A stretch of DNA of 64,000 bases from Caecitellus pseudoparvulus. Taxonomy: Eukaryota > Protista > Bigyra: Bicosoecida. The stretch is from NCBI GenBank assembly GCA_965644315.1, contig CBFFRQ010000055.1, positions 186,001 through 250,000 on the forward strand, in the 5' to 3' direction. Below the pieces are notes generated by a model. The model was not told the origin of the DNA. It ran no database searches and saw only the letters and a program-made list of their open reading frames with translations. Positions 10,203 to 23,300 of the stretch are shown here, one piece after another. Numbering within the stretch: the stretch's first letter is position 1; the number at the start of each line of letters is the position of its first letter. A program made the translations under genes and the position numbers.

Positions 10203-12771
10203 CACCCAGATACTGAAATGCAGTCAACGCACACTCGTACCAGGGTATGGTACCCCATTTCTGGGAGGGCCTTGCCGGCGATGGGTCGAGCGTCTGGCAG
10301 GCAGTCCCGAGCCTCCCCGTCAAGCGTGTCCGGACTGGGAAGGGACGCTTCACACTCACCCTGACCTTGCCTCCAAATAAGATCAGCATCTGGACCAGGG
10401 ACGCTTGCTTCCTGCCCAGAGACTTCCCCTTGCTCAGGCAATCGCACGCGTCTTGGCGTGGCATGGGACAACTGCAGGGTCGTGCCGGGGGCTGGGGCAC
10501 ATGACCCGCACACTACCCTTGCACAAGAACGGCAGTGGTGCGGCCGCTGCATCAGCCCAAAGGCTGCCGAGCATATTTGGCACCCTGCCGCAGCCGTGTT
10601 TGGAATCCACTCAGGGGCGTCAGAAGTAAAGCCTTCGTGCACAGGCGGGCGCTTCACGAAGTGGGAACGCAACAACCATCCACCCCGACACACTTCAGCG
10701 ACAGGGGAGGATGGTTTTAAGGATTCAGCCACCCAACAGCGGGATTGTGGTGTACAGGAGCGCTGCAGTGGAGTAGGAGCATTGCCACCGGCCCCGTCCA
10801 GTAGCAGGGACGTAAGGACGTCGCCTGTGGCTGCTTGCCCCCCTCCTTGAACTTGCAGGGTGTGCACATCGCCAAATTGAGCCTGTGCAGCTGCTGGTAG
10901 GTAAGGAGCATGGCCGTGTGCATCCTTTGCGGCAGCCACGAGGGTGTCCACGACCTCCTGTACTGCAACATGGGCTCGCCACTGCTCCCAGTGCTGCGGC
11001 CGCCAGTGCGGTTGCAAGACCAGCCCCGGAGCCAGGGGCAGGGAGGATAACGGAACGTACGGTACCCTGACTGGGCGTAGGTACATGCGTTCAAGCATAG
11101 CAAATAATGCTTCCTCCCTTCCTGCAAACTCGCTGAGCACCACGGCTTCCTCACCGACGCGCTGAGGGGCATACAGTGCAAAGTACGACCGCAGGGCCTG
11201 CAAGCCATTGTGCTTGGGAAGTTCGTCAATGGCCGCAACTGCAGCAGCAACTCGGGCCAGGAAGGCATCAGCAGCTGCCTTGCCGAGCTGCTCAGCGACT
11301 CTCACTGCACGGTCAAAGTCTGACAAGGGCTCGCCATCTGTCGCCACCAACTGTGCAACTCGCAGCCTTGCTTCTTCAAGCGCAGCCCTAACGGAGGAAA
11401 CTTGGGCGGGTGAAGTCAAGCGTATACAATGGTCTGACGGCTCAGCAGCTTGCTGGGCCTCGTCAGGCTGCTGTGACGCCTCCCTGGCCGAGCAGGATGA
11501 AGGGGGGGCCAGCGGAGACAGCGGAACCCTGGCAGCTGTGCCACGACGCATCGCTGCTGCAACTTGGGGCAAGTGCCTCCAGATGTGAGGAGCAGCAGAA
11601 TTGGCGCGGAGTGGATCCACCAACGAGAGAATTGGCTGCCCTGCCAAAGCCGAGGCCAGCGGGAATCGTTGCATCATCGCGCAGGTGTCCGCTGCCGCGG
11701 CCAGGCTATCCAGAGCCACGGACCCTGCGGTGTCGTTTGCAAGCCGTTGCAAACTGGAAGCAGGCGCCATTGGAGTCTGACCCACAGCTGCCTGCAAGCT
11801 CTCTGCAGATTTCGTCAAGGCCTGGCACAGGTCTGCCATCTCCTCGATCCAGGATGCCTTTGCCTCCGCAGGGGGTCGCCCTTGAACTCTTTCGAGGCCC
11901 AACTGTGCATGTGCATCAACAACTGCCGCGTGAGCCACCTTCATGGCCTTTTGGGCCTGGCTCAGTGAGCGCACAAGTAATTTTCGCTGTCGTTCGAGAT
12001 CCTCCTTTTCACTGTGGACAGCCTCCAGGCGCTGCTCCAGAAACACAAGAGAGGAGTCAAACTGAGCCCCGTGATCTGCATCCTCTTGGGTTTGACCAGC
12101 GAGGAGGGGCTCAGAAGACTCCATCGGGCCAAGAAGAGCAGCAGCCTTCCCAGCAGGCACTGCACGGGCCCTCCCGAGCAACCTTGCGGCTCCTTTCGCG
12201 TTGGGGTTTGAAGACCTTGCCGTGGGGGCATGCCTCGAGGCGCGCGCGTCGAGGTTCTGAAAGCCTTCAATCCACTGGCTGGCTTCCAAATCACTGTCCG
12301 CGACGACCCGATACTTTGGGTGCTGAGTTGGGTCCTGCCGGTGCTGCAAGACCAGCCCAACCTGCCCCGGCTTCAAGCCGCTTCTTGAGAAAGCTGACAG
12401 CCACCCCAAGCCGTGGGCTGCCCCATCAGCATGTTGCTTTGATGAAGAATCGTCCCTCTCCTCTCTCACAGCCCTGCGACACACGAGCGAGCAGTCACCT
12501 GAGTGCAGGGTGCGGAAATTGGGCACCCAACGCACTCATAGCCATCCACGCAGATGCACCCTTCCATGGACTCGTGGGAAGGTGATTTGTACCACATCAA
12601 CATGGACATGTTACGTATGGCCATGAACACCTGCTTCGAACCCAGCGGTGTTTCGCCATCTCGCCTCAACAATCCACTCGTGACAGCAAGAGCAGCAGCA
12701 TCCTTTGCTTGCAACCCAAGCGGAATCCCCCCGCCACGAGGCAAAGGCACTGTCCCGCCCATAGAGGCCAT
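10181..12771 (-). CDS. PH + coiled-coil + FYVE domain protein
   Basis: PH: MLMWYKSPSHESMEGCICVDGYE ... VADSDLEASQWIEGF. FYVE: WIPN..CQICSAAFGLMQRPHHCRSCARVVCGSC ... VRVCVDC. Confidence 0.8.
12512..12521. promoter_or_regulatory. GCGGAAATTG motif in the predicted first intron of the PH-FYVE gene
   Basis: Exact reverse complement of the 10-mer. Confidence 0.5.
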
Positions 12772-13283
12772 GCCCCTTGCCTTCCTCGATTTGATCGAGG
12801 CTTCGACGGGGGCCAGGCGTTGTTACGGCCGGCTAGTTACTTGCGGAGAGCGGTCCGGGAGGGGATGGAGAGAGGGGTTGGCAACTTAGCCAGATATTGC
12901 GTAGGTTGGACAAAGACTCGCTTTTTGTACATATGAGCAAAGATGAATTTGGGCTGTGCGCCGAGTTGTGGCAAGGAGGCTATGAAGCTTAGTGTTACTG
13001 TTGCTAAGAAGTGCAGGGATAGCGGTTCAGCCAAGTCTGCTGGTACGAAGTTCATCTGTTGCGTTTTTTGCAGGGAGAGTCCTGACTGAGGGTGGAAGTC
13101 GGCCAAAACACAACAAAAACCCTCGATGTTGACGATCAATCACATTCTTGAGTGTTGCCTTGTCCTTGCCGAGAGGGCCAAGCCAGAGTGCTGATCTGAT
13201 GGGCGGCAGGGCCAGGCACAGCCAAACGTGAAGTTCACCACCAAGCCGTGCTGTGGTTTGCAGCGTGACTTGCTGCGCAGGCC

Positions 13284-14465
13284 ATGGGTTGTGCAAGCTC
13301 ACACCCGCACGTTGACGATGAACATGATCACCATGTTGAAGTTTGCGAGCCACGCTTCGGTACAGACCTTCCTCACCTGGAGGTAGCAGGCGCGCTGGCC
13401 GAGCTGCTTCAGCACGCTTTCGATTGCAGCGCTCCGTTTGAGCTGGGATATACCACCGGACACAGCGTGATTGAAGCTGCAGACCAAGCTCTGGCAGACA
13501 AAGCCCAGGCAAGCTTGCTGTACGGTGAAATCCTGCCAACCGAGCTAGGTACGCAGAGCGCACAGGTGTGACCTGAAACGCCGAAGCGCAAACGAAACGC
13601 CATTGTGCTGCGCAGGACTTTTCAAGCTGATGGACGACGACCACCTGGGGGGTGCCCAAGCAAGGCGATTTGTTGATTGCGGGTCTGGCTCGGGCAGGCT
13701 CGCATTGGCTGCGTTTCTCGGGTACTTGAACCTCGCACATGTCCTGGCAGTGGAGCTGTCACCTCAGCGGCACGCGCTGGCGGCTGAAGCAATCATGCGC
13801 CTGGTACAGCACAATCCGCAGAGGTTCATTTTGGATACTGTCTCCGAGACGCGGGTCCGTGTCGTGGATGTCGCGCCAAGGCAGGTTCGCGAGGCCAGGC
13901 AGACAACCGGACAAGCCAAAGCTGAGCAGGCGAGGCTCAAGCCAGCTCGGGCAAGGGTGCTGGAGCTCATGTGCGGTGACATGTGGAAAGTGTCTCCCCA
14001 CTACATCACAGCTGCTGGTGCGTAAAGTGGTTCTGCTGTGGGTATCCCCTGGGCAAGGCTAGTGTAGTGCTCGTGCGCAGACGTCATGTTACTCCACACC
14101 GAGTTTACCGAGACCTCCCTGTCTGGCTTCAAGCACACGCTAAAGGTAAATGAGGCCCACACAGGCCGTGCAGCAGCACGACTTGGTGCATTCAAAGCCG
14201 CCCCCTTTTTCAGAACATGCGAAGTGGCTGCCGGTTCTTGACTTACAATGATCCTCGGCCGTGGTTTCGAGGATCGGACGGGGAAACCGAAGCAGCGCTG
14301 CCATTTGTCCAAGTCAAAGAGAATGAACCTGAAGATGATGTTTTTCAGACAAGCTGGGCTCACAAGCGAGGGCACCACTTGTTTTGCTGGCAGCGGGTTC
14401 AAGTGAGCGGGGACTGCAGCAGGCTTGACGCTTCCAGCCAGGAAGAAAGCAAGCGCTGCACATGA
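13284..14465 (+). CDS. DOT1-like class I SAM-dependent methyltransferase with an N-terminal MGCxxS acylation motif, 4 exons
   Basis: LLYGEILP|GLFKLM...FVDCGSGSGRLAL...VLAVELSPQRH, CGDM, GCRFLTY and FQTSWA motifs; three canonical GT-AG introns. Confidence 0.75.
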
Positions 14466-14534
14466 GCACCAAGCCCCCCCAACCTAAGCCACAGCCCCAT
14501 GTTGACTGATTTGCTTATTCGAATGCACTGCGCC

Positions 14535-16170
14535 TTAACTGCGAGCAATGCCGCCGTGCGACGCGTGCAGCCCCTCCAGCACAGGCTCAAGCTCAGGAGC
14601 ATCGTCGCCGTTCACGGCGTGGCCTAGCGCGCTTTCTCCTAGGACAGTGGCGCCCTGCAGCGTCCCAGTGCCAGTGATTCCCAAACTTACACTGGCTGAG
14701 CTCGCTGGGCCCCTACCCGGCGTGGGGTCTGTGGTTGACCCAGTTGCGTCTCCGGCCGTGGAAGAGCCGCACTCACGCTCGCGCAGGGGAACCCTAAAGT
14801 TGGTACCAACGCCTCCTGTGCGAAGTGCAAGAGGGTCTTGAATGGGCACTCTGTCAGGTTGTCGTTGCTGTGCGGGTGGCCTCTGACAGTGCGGGGCCCT
14901 GCCTAGGAGTGGGTGGTGGTGTGGGTCAACTGGAAACGCGGCAGCAAAACGAGGTCCCTCTGCCTTGGGCACGGGAGACGCCACTGCTTCTTGGCGCAAC
15001 GGCCCAGCAGAGCTCTTAAGGCGAAAGGTTGGGCGCTCCATGTCACGTGACAAGTGCAAACTTGGCTGAGCACTGTGATGGGAAAGCCCGCTGGCCCCTG
15101 CGCTGGAAGCAGTGCTCATCGAGGCGTGTGGGCGCGCGCCATCATCCCTTGGGGGTGATGGGAAGGTATTTCTTGCCCCTTCAACAGCCCCCTTGCCTGC
15201 CAGAGCTCTGAAAGCTGCCCAAGCCTCGGCTTCTGTGGTGCGGTTTCCGCTGGCCAACCGCTGCAGCAAGCCTGGCAGGCGCGTCTGCCTCCATTGAGCC
15301 ACACTAACCTCAGGCACAGCTTGCAAGACCACTGTGGCAACACCAGGCCTGGATCCCTGGGGGAGAACGCATGCAGCACAAGGTGCAACCGCTCCACTCG
15401 CCACCTGCACGTTCAACGCGACGCATGCCGGCATGGCTTGGCCGATGCAAAGCAGCACAGCCTGGGCAGGCGAGCCCTGTTTGGCTGCTCCTAACACTGA
15501 CATGGCATCTTCGTCTCGCAGTGCACCGGGGCCAAAACCTGGGTGTGGAGCAGGGTGTGGAGTGTGAAGTGCGACTGATGTAGTGCTCACCGAGGCAGAT
15601 TCGTATCGCACCCAGTAAGTGGCAGGCCGACGGTGAAGCATGTGCTATCGTGACACGGGAGTCTGTTGAAGAAATGTGCAATACGGGGGCACCTTGCTTC
15701 AGCAAGTGTAGCGCCGATCTCTGCGAGTTTGCAGCCGGCAGAGGCAGGAAAGTCGCCCTCCCTGGCGTTTCGCTCCCTGGGCCAGGCATAGTAGCGCTGT
15801 GTTCAAGGGCTGCAGAGGGGCCCGAGGCAGGGAAAGCGGGCACGCTCATGTCAGAGCCACGAACAGAGCTGCCACTTTGGGGCCCGACTTGGCGCATGAC
15901 TTTCTGGGTGTCTTGACCGCCATCTTGCCGGCCAGGCCGGCGTTTCACGCCACCCTTCGTTGCTGTGCTGGGCAAGCGGGCAGGGTGCTGGTGCTGCAAG
16001 GCCTGGAAATTAGCGGTAGCTTTCAACAAAAAGTCAGCCCCCGAGGCTGTTGCAGCATCTGCAGCTGCACAGTGACTCTTGCCTTGGAGCACTGCTGACT
16101 GGTAGGCCAGCACGTGGGTCAACGCAAGGGCTGAGCGTGTCAGCTCAACAACCTTTGCCTCGGCATCCAT
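14535..16170 (-). CDS. PAS-domain-containing protein of unknown function
   Basis: Splicing gtgcgatac...acccag joins VTIAHASPSACHLLG|FGPGALRDEDAMSVL, which fits the PAS pattern I-x-x-N-x-A-x-x-LLGY-x-x-EEL. The rest is low complexity. Confidence 0.55.
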
Positions 16171-16423
16171 CGCGACAAACACGCCAAGAAAAAAGAACAG
16201 CAATACGTGGAAGGCAGCATCCCCGTGGGCTTTTCAGTTTCTGTGTTTGGGGATTTGATGGAAGGCCACTTCTTGCCACACACATCACTTTGGTGCCACT
16301 TTCCTCGCGTGGCCAGATCGCGTGCCAGGCCAAACACGTAAACCCACGCCTCGAACATTTTTCTTTGTTTAGCCAGGGAGTGAGGTCCTTTCGTGGAGGA
16401 AGCTGAGTTCGGCGCCTGGCAAC

Positions 16424-17050
16424 ATGGCTGCCAGTGGGTGAGCAATTTCCGCAGCTGCCTGGCCCACGCAGGTTTACCTCTGAATCCCCCCGCTGCCTCG
16501 CGACACAGAGCCCGGAAACTGAAATTTCGAAACTATAAAGGAAAGAATGTGAGGTGCTTGCAAGCGTCCCCTCTCAGTCTGCCCCTGCGCACGCCGATCA
16601 TGTCGGGCTGTGCAGGTTCCAACAGCAGTTGCTTCCGTAGATGATGGCAGCGCTGCCTCCCCTGCTCCTTCCCCAGAGGGGCAGGTGCCCTCTTCCACCT
16701 TGCCATCCCTGGCAGTCGTTGAAGGGGCAAAACGTGCAGCTGGAACAGACGCGCCGGCTCCTCTGGGGGCAGGCCCTGCAGGGCAGCTGTCAGGCGTTGC
16801 GGACCTGGCGCCAAAGAAAGTCAACGCTGACTTGAAACGGGACGTCCAACCCAAACTTGACATCCTGGCGTCCCGAACACAGGACTCCATTTCTCGGCTG
16901 GTGCGGGCCAAATTGCTTCAGCAAGAAGGGGGGGCTGCGCATGCGCCGCAGGGTGGCGATTCTCAGCTACCTACAGGGGCTGACGGCGCCATTCTGGCAA
17001 GGGCGGTCCAGGAGCGAGCTGAGCAGCAGGGCTCCATGCTTTCTGCATGA
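16424..17050 (+). CDS. CCDC12: Cwf18/CCDC12 pre-mRNA splicing factor, 3 exons
   Basis: RKLKFRNY and DLAPKKVNADLKRDVQPKLDILASRTQDSISRLVR signatures. Confidence 0.88.
16443..16452. promoter_or_regulatory. CAATTTCCGC motif in the first intron of the Cwf18 gene
   Basis: Exact 10-mer copy. Confidence 0.5.
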
Positions 17051-17322
17051 TGTGTCAAACTGTGCACGCTCTGCTGGCCATGTGTGTCCGACTGGCGTTT
17101 TCTACGTCACACACCGCTTGGCATTTGGCTCCGGCACGATGCACCAGTCATGCAGCGACAAGATAAACAAACAGCCTCATTGCTGAGCACAAATTAGAAC
17201 ACTGTAGGGCATGAGGGCTGCACGATCCGGAAATGCACAGCTCTGCCTTTCGCATGGAGGAGCAACGTGGACGGGAGTGATGCTGTTGCTTCTTGAGGCA
17301 CCAAGACTATCCTACCTTTGTC

Positions 17323-20300
17323 ATGTTTGAGCGTTTACTTGCTCCTCTGCTGACACAGTTTCTGGGGAAGTATGTCAAGGAAGATAGCTTCACTCCAGAT
17401 CGGCTGAATTTAGGGGTGTGGAGCGGTACGGCAGCTTTCTTTCTGCGTCAGCCCGTGTTTCGCAACGCCAATGAAACGCCTGGCTCGCCACAGGCTACAT
17501 CACGCTGTCCAACCTGGAACTCAAACCAGAAGTGGTGGACCTCCTGCAGCTGCCTGTTGCACTTGTGCGGGGTTTCATCGGCCGAGTCGAGCTGACCATT
17601 CCATGGGGCAATCCGGGCGCCCAGCCGACGCTAGTGAAGATTGACCAAGTGTACATAGTCGTTAGGACGCAGTACAGGTGGACTGGCCACGAGAAGGAGA
17701 GAAGGAGGCGCTTAGCACTGAAGCTGAAGCAAGACAAGATTGCTTCTCTCGAGTCTAAGCTAGTGCAGCAGGGGCAAGGCGCTGAGGGCGCCTCTGGCTT
17801 CAGTGCTGCGCTCGGGTTGTCCGGCTTCCTCGAAAAGCTCGTGACAAAGATTACCGACAACCTTCAAGTGCACATAAGAGGTGTACACCTGCGTTGGGAA
17901 GACAGAGTTTCCACTCCAGGGCGTCCCTTTGCAGCAGGCATCACGCTAGAGTCATTGCACTTACAGACAACTGACGCTTCCTACTCGCCACCAACTGGCA
18001 AGGAGGCCACATCTTCGACGTTACACACGCCCCTCGTGCACAAGACCCTCTTTATCAACTATCTTTCAGCCTACTGGAACCCGCACATGGTCATGTGCGA
18101 TGCAGAGGGGGCATTGGTGGTGCCTACCTCGGACATCGCGGCAGCCTTGCCCTTGGGTTCAGCGGTTGCTGGCGACGGGAGCATGGGGTCAGCTCCACAG
18201 GCAGATTTTACAACAACAGCTGTTACCGACAACGGGCGCGCATTCTGCTCTGTTCGGAGTGTCACGTCTGCTGATTTGCTGCGCGCCCGTGACAGCACCG
18301 TGGCGTCACGAAGAGCAGCCGCTGTCAGTGACAGCATCCTGCCAAGTGCTGGTGCAGGGCAGGCCAGTTCTGCGGTGAGCGGCATGTCTGATGGCAGAGC
18401 GGATCCTTTTGGCTTCTTTTCTCTTGGCCCCAGGACCGGCATTGGGCGGGGCCTGATGGGAGCTGCGCCAACAGCTTCAACAGCGCACAGTGCTCAAGTC
18501 GAGAGCACCATCTGCAGCACATCGACAGCAAGCAAGGCAGATGAGAGCGCAGCAAAGCGAGCATGGGATGAAGGAGTTGCTACCCCTGTCTTGACGATGA
18601 GGGACGCGAACTCTCCTCAACTACGGCCGGGAGTTGGGAACGGGCAGCATGTCTTCCGTGAGCATGGACAAGATGAAGGTGAGCTTCACGGCGGCATGGT
18701 AGACTTGGAGACCTGTGATCTGCAGACCTTAGTGTCGCTCTTTGAAAGCATGGTTGTGACTCGGGCGCAAGGCAGCTTCGGACCCAGCGGGCACGAAGAG
18801 CCACCCCCAGTGGCTCAAGCGTCGGCAGGCGGAGGGCTGTTTGGCCTTGGGTGGCTCTTCGCACCCGCACCTTCAGCAGCTTTGCCAGCACCACAGACAA
18901 AGCCCCACCGACTTGATCAGACGAAACCCCAGTTGCCCGCTCAAACAAGTGAGCGTCCGTTCAAGAGGGAAGCTTCGCTTCCCAAGGCGTCCTCAGGAGC
19001 AGCACCACGGCAGTGCTTGGTGTTGCCCGCTGTATCAGCAGAGGTGCGCATGCAGCTGTCCAAGAATGCTCGTGACTTGCGGCATCCACAGCAAGCAGTT
19101 TCGTTTCACATGTCTCACGCCACCCTGCGCCTTGGCCGGGACCAGCTCCAAGGCATGCTTCAGTTCACGACTTCCATCGTGTCAAGCTCCATGGGAAACT
19201 GGGACTCTGGTCTGCGCCCTCGGGACCCAGTTCGAAGCGTGGGTCCTGTTGCATTCCTTCAGCCGAAAGGTGCCGCGCTGCACCACCAAAGCATCAGACA
19301 ATGGTGGCGCTTTGCTGCAAGGCACTTGCAACAGCGCGTGCGAAGGCGAAGCGGACAGTTGTCTTGGGTGGAACTCATGAGGGCGCGCCTCCTCAGGATT
19401 TGCTACATCCACTTGTACAAACGTAGGCTTGCGGGGAAAGCCAAACGACCAAAGTACCAACCAGCTCCTGTCGCTGATGCATTCCAAGTGTGGTTGACCA
19501 CGCTGTCAGCGTCTGCTGACAGGGTGGATGGCGGGGGTTCTTCTCCGAACCTTCCCACGCAGTCCTCTCACACGTCTTTGCAAGGCCTCATGTTGGGACC
19601 AAGACCAAGCCACTCTTCAGCCCTGGTGCGGCATTGGCCCCCAGTGCATGAAATTCTGCGCGAGTGGGTCCCACAACAGCCCGGCCCACAGCTGTCCCCC
19701 AGAGACCGCCGGCCAGCCCCACCATTCGGCCCCAAGCGCTCGAGGAGTGTCGGGCGTGGCCTGGCACGCCGCCAAAGCAGCGAGGAGGAGGACGACGAGT
19801 GCTCGCCGCCACAAGCACCATCCACCCACGCCCAGTCACCTCGCTCCCACTCAGCCTCCAGATCACCTCTCCATGCCTCCGAGGCTTCGTCCCGCCCATG
19901 CCCACCCTTGCCGCTCAGCCACCACGTGCTAGCAGATTCGGCATCTCAAGGGACGTTTTGGCCCGCGCTCTCGCCCAAGGGTCCGCACACACTGCCATCA
20001 GGCAGCGCTCTGCACAGCGCCTCCGAGAATGCCATTCCGGCTACTTCATTTTCTGTCAGCGAAGCTTGGGTGGCTGCTTGTTTGTTGCACGGAGTCGGGG
20101 CGCCACTAGAAGAGTACTCTGAAGCTTCGGATATCGAGAACTGCGCGGACCTGCATGCTGCTGCTCTCGCCGTGTGCGGTGTTAGCTGCCACCTGCTTGA
20201 GCTGTTCGCGCTTCTCCAGCGCCATGCTCATGGCAGCCACGACTCTACTCGTGAGCACACTGACACTCGCATAGACTCTCCATGGCTGAGGTGGGCAGCT

Positions 20301-23300
20301 GAGTACAAGAGCGCAGCTCTTGCCTTGCAGAGCGCACAGCACATTCACAGCTTGCACCCTGGCGAGCCTTCTGTGGGCAGCAAGGCACCGATAGACGCTG
20401 CCCAGCGCCGTGTCAACCATCTGCTTTCCCAGAAGCTCATCCACACCGCGCCCAAAAGCACGTACCGGAAGTTGAACAGACAAGAGGCCGCCTTGTTGAA
20501 CCGCATGGACGAAGTCTGCCACGAGGAACAGATTCTCGCTTGGCGCCGCTCTGCGCGTCAGAGCTTGCTTCGAGAGTCAGCAGCTGCGCAGCATGGCGTG
20601 GATGGAGGGCTGCACTCTACCCAGGGCACCCTCTCATCACCCACGTCAACTAGCTCTCCGAGCCAGGTATCCTCGTTCACCGACGCTGGTGCAGCTTCTG
20701 TGCTCCCTCCCCGCAAGGGTTCGGGCTCAGCGCATGCTGCCAAGTCTGTGGACCAGGCCTTGGACGCCGGTGATGGTGCCACATCCGTGCGCAGTGGATC
20801 CATGAGAGAGCAGCTGGCTTCGACATGGGGTTGGTTGTACGGCCAAGGGCTTTGGGGCGGCCAGGCATCGCCGAGTGGTCAGGATGAAGCAGCAGAAAGC
20901 CAGAAGTTGAAGAGAGACATGCTGACAGAGGCCCAGAGACGAGAGCTGTTCGTAGTGATTGATTACGACCCAGCTCTCATGATTCCAAACTACCCAGCCG
21001 GCTATGTGAAGCAGGAGCTCCAGCTCGCCGTTGGGAAGCTGTCTGTTCAGCTTCTCAAGCAAGCTCACATTGCCTCAAGACACAACGAAAACAGCCCTCG
21101 TGTTTTTTCCTTTCAGCACCTGCCTGATGGTGGGGGCCACTCGCAAGTTTTTCTCCAAGCCGACCTCCACTCGTGCACTTCCCTTCTGCGCCTCAGGCCG
21201 GACACGTTCAAGGCACAAGTCCTGTTGCAAGACCTCTGCCTGTGGGACACGACAGGGACTGCGCACCAAGTATGGGAGCCTGTCATTGCAAGGAAGGGCT
21301 TTGGGCGCGCCCTGACGACGGTGCCTCGGGGTACTTGTGAGCGGGAATCACCCCCCATCCCAGGAAGCACGAGCGGGGTGCTTGGCGACGCTCAGAGAAT
21401 GACAGACACATCGGACTTACCAGTGTTCTCAGCTTCGTTGGAGTCATTCCCGCGCCATTTGGCTGGCGCGGCCTCCAATGTGGCATGTGCTACTCTTCCT
21501 GGCGGAGTCCCTCCATTGGACCCCTCCTGCGCCGGGCCAGCGCAAGCCGCCCGTTCTGCAGTTGAGCACGATAGTGGTAGTGTACGAACGGCAGCATCCA
21601 GCTTTTCTGGCGTGTCAGAGGGCCCAGGGAGTGTGTCAGGTTTCGTTTCGTCTAGCAAGGTTGCAGGGCATCAAGCCCGCCTGCAGGGCTTCTCTAGGCC
21701 GGCAAGGCATGAGCGCTCGCGCCCAGTTCTCGGCGAGCTCTCCATGCAAGAACTCGGCTGGTCGGACCCTGCTGTGAAGCAAGTGCGGCAGCCGGTATGG
21801 GCGAAGGGGGCACACCTCGCCTTTCACGTGCAAGTCGCCCCACTTGAAGTCGTCCTCACAGGAGTCAGCTTCAAAGCACTTGGTGAATTTTGTGATGTGC
21901 CACTGTCAGGCGTCTCTGAGGATTTCGAGATGGCTGCTGCGGAGGGCTTGCGGTCATGGAGGGAGCGCACCGCCGCAAAGCTGGCTCTTGCGTCGAGTTC
22001 CAGGCTTATCACGGCCATTTCTGCACATGTTGCAGCTCCCTCTTTACTCTGGGTGTCAAATGTCTCAGACTCTCAAGCAGCAGCTTTTGTGCTGGATTTG
22101 GGGCATCTCGAAGTTCAGTCTGTGGCTTTGAGGCAAAATGCCGACCTTGAAGGGGCTGGGTCTGCTCTGTTGCAGGAGATCACGGCTTCAGGGCACGTGG
22201 ATACAACCCAGCCGATACCCACTGCCTTCCTAGAAAGCCTCTTCGACCACTACACCCTCAGCCTAGGAGGTGTCTCTGCTTGGCTTGGGCATGGACCCTT
22301 GGCAACAAGTCAAAGTGACACCTTGATCTTGTCACCAGTGCGGGCAAGCGCTGATGTGTTCGTGTGTGTTGTTCCCGCTGATGCAGAGCTTCCCCAAGTC
22401 CGGGTGGGAATCAACGTTTCACCTCTTGCAGTGCTGTTCACGACGAGTCAGGTATCACGTTTGGCAGCCTGGGCTCAGGTGAGTCGAGTTTGGCATGCTC
22501 GGGTACGTGCAGCGTCTGCAAGAGCCGCAGCTGACCGACTTGTCGAGCAGCGGGAGTTTGAGTCCGGAGAGGGTGTGCGGTACGCAGTGCTATCGGCAGG
22601 GGTGTCGGAAGGCGCTGGAGCAAGTCTGCCGAGTAGCCCCAGACTTGGCCAACAAAGTGCCAACTCCGAACCAGGTTCGCCTCACGTCGCATGGCATGTC
22701 GATCCACAGCACGAGGGGGAATGCTCTGACAGCATGGATTCAGGGACACGGCAAGGGCACTCAGTTGTGGTCGGAACTGCTTCGCTCCTGAGTCGAGTGT
22801 TCGATAAAACCGGTCCGCATGCCTCGACAGTGTCTGGACAAGGCTTCGCAGCTGAAGCCTCGTTTGTCACCGCTGGCAGTGGCTCCCTCCTCTCAGCATC
22901 CAAGTTGGGCTCCGTGCTTCTCCAGGATGGCCCTGCGCACCTGCGAGCGGTTCAGCAGAGCACTGCAATCATCGTGCCGCTCATGAAGGCACAGTTGCCA
23001 TTAGTGCAGGTTGCATGTGTGGGTTCCGGCATGAACATCACCTTGCAACCTTCTGAGTATGATGGGGTGCCCAGTGTAGGCGCCTTGCCCCCGCTTCTTG
23101 AGCTAGACCCGTTGGAGGTCAGCTTTGGAAGGTTTCGTGCTGCATTTCTCGGCAGTTCGCAGGGGTCAGAGGGCGCCATGCAGCTGTCCAGCTTCCAAGC
23201 CTCCTTGGTGCATGAATCTGCCGCCCCTCGGAGAGTGTTTCAGCTGCTGGAAGCCCCACCATGTGCCGCTAGACTTGAATCCCACAGCGCAGGCGCTCTT

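Noticed and set aside
12837-13139. 100-aa ORF or possible ncRNA in the AT-richer spacer between PH-FYVE and the DOT1-like gene
   Set aside because: No ATG start, motif or recognisable RNA structure; most likely a divergent promoter region.
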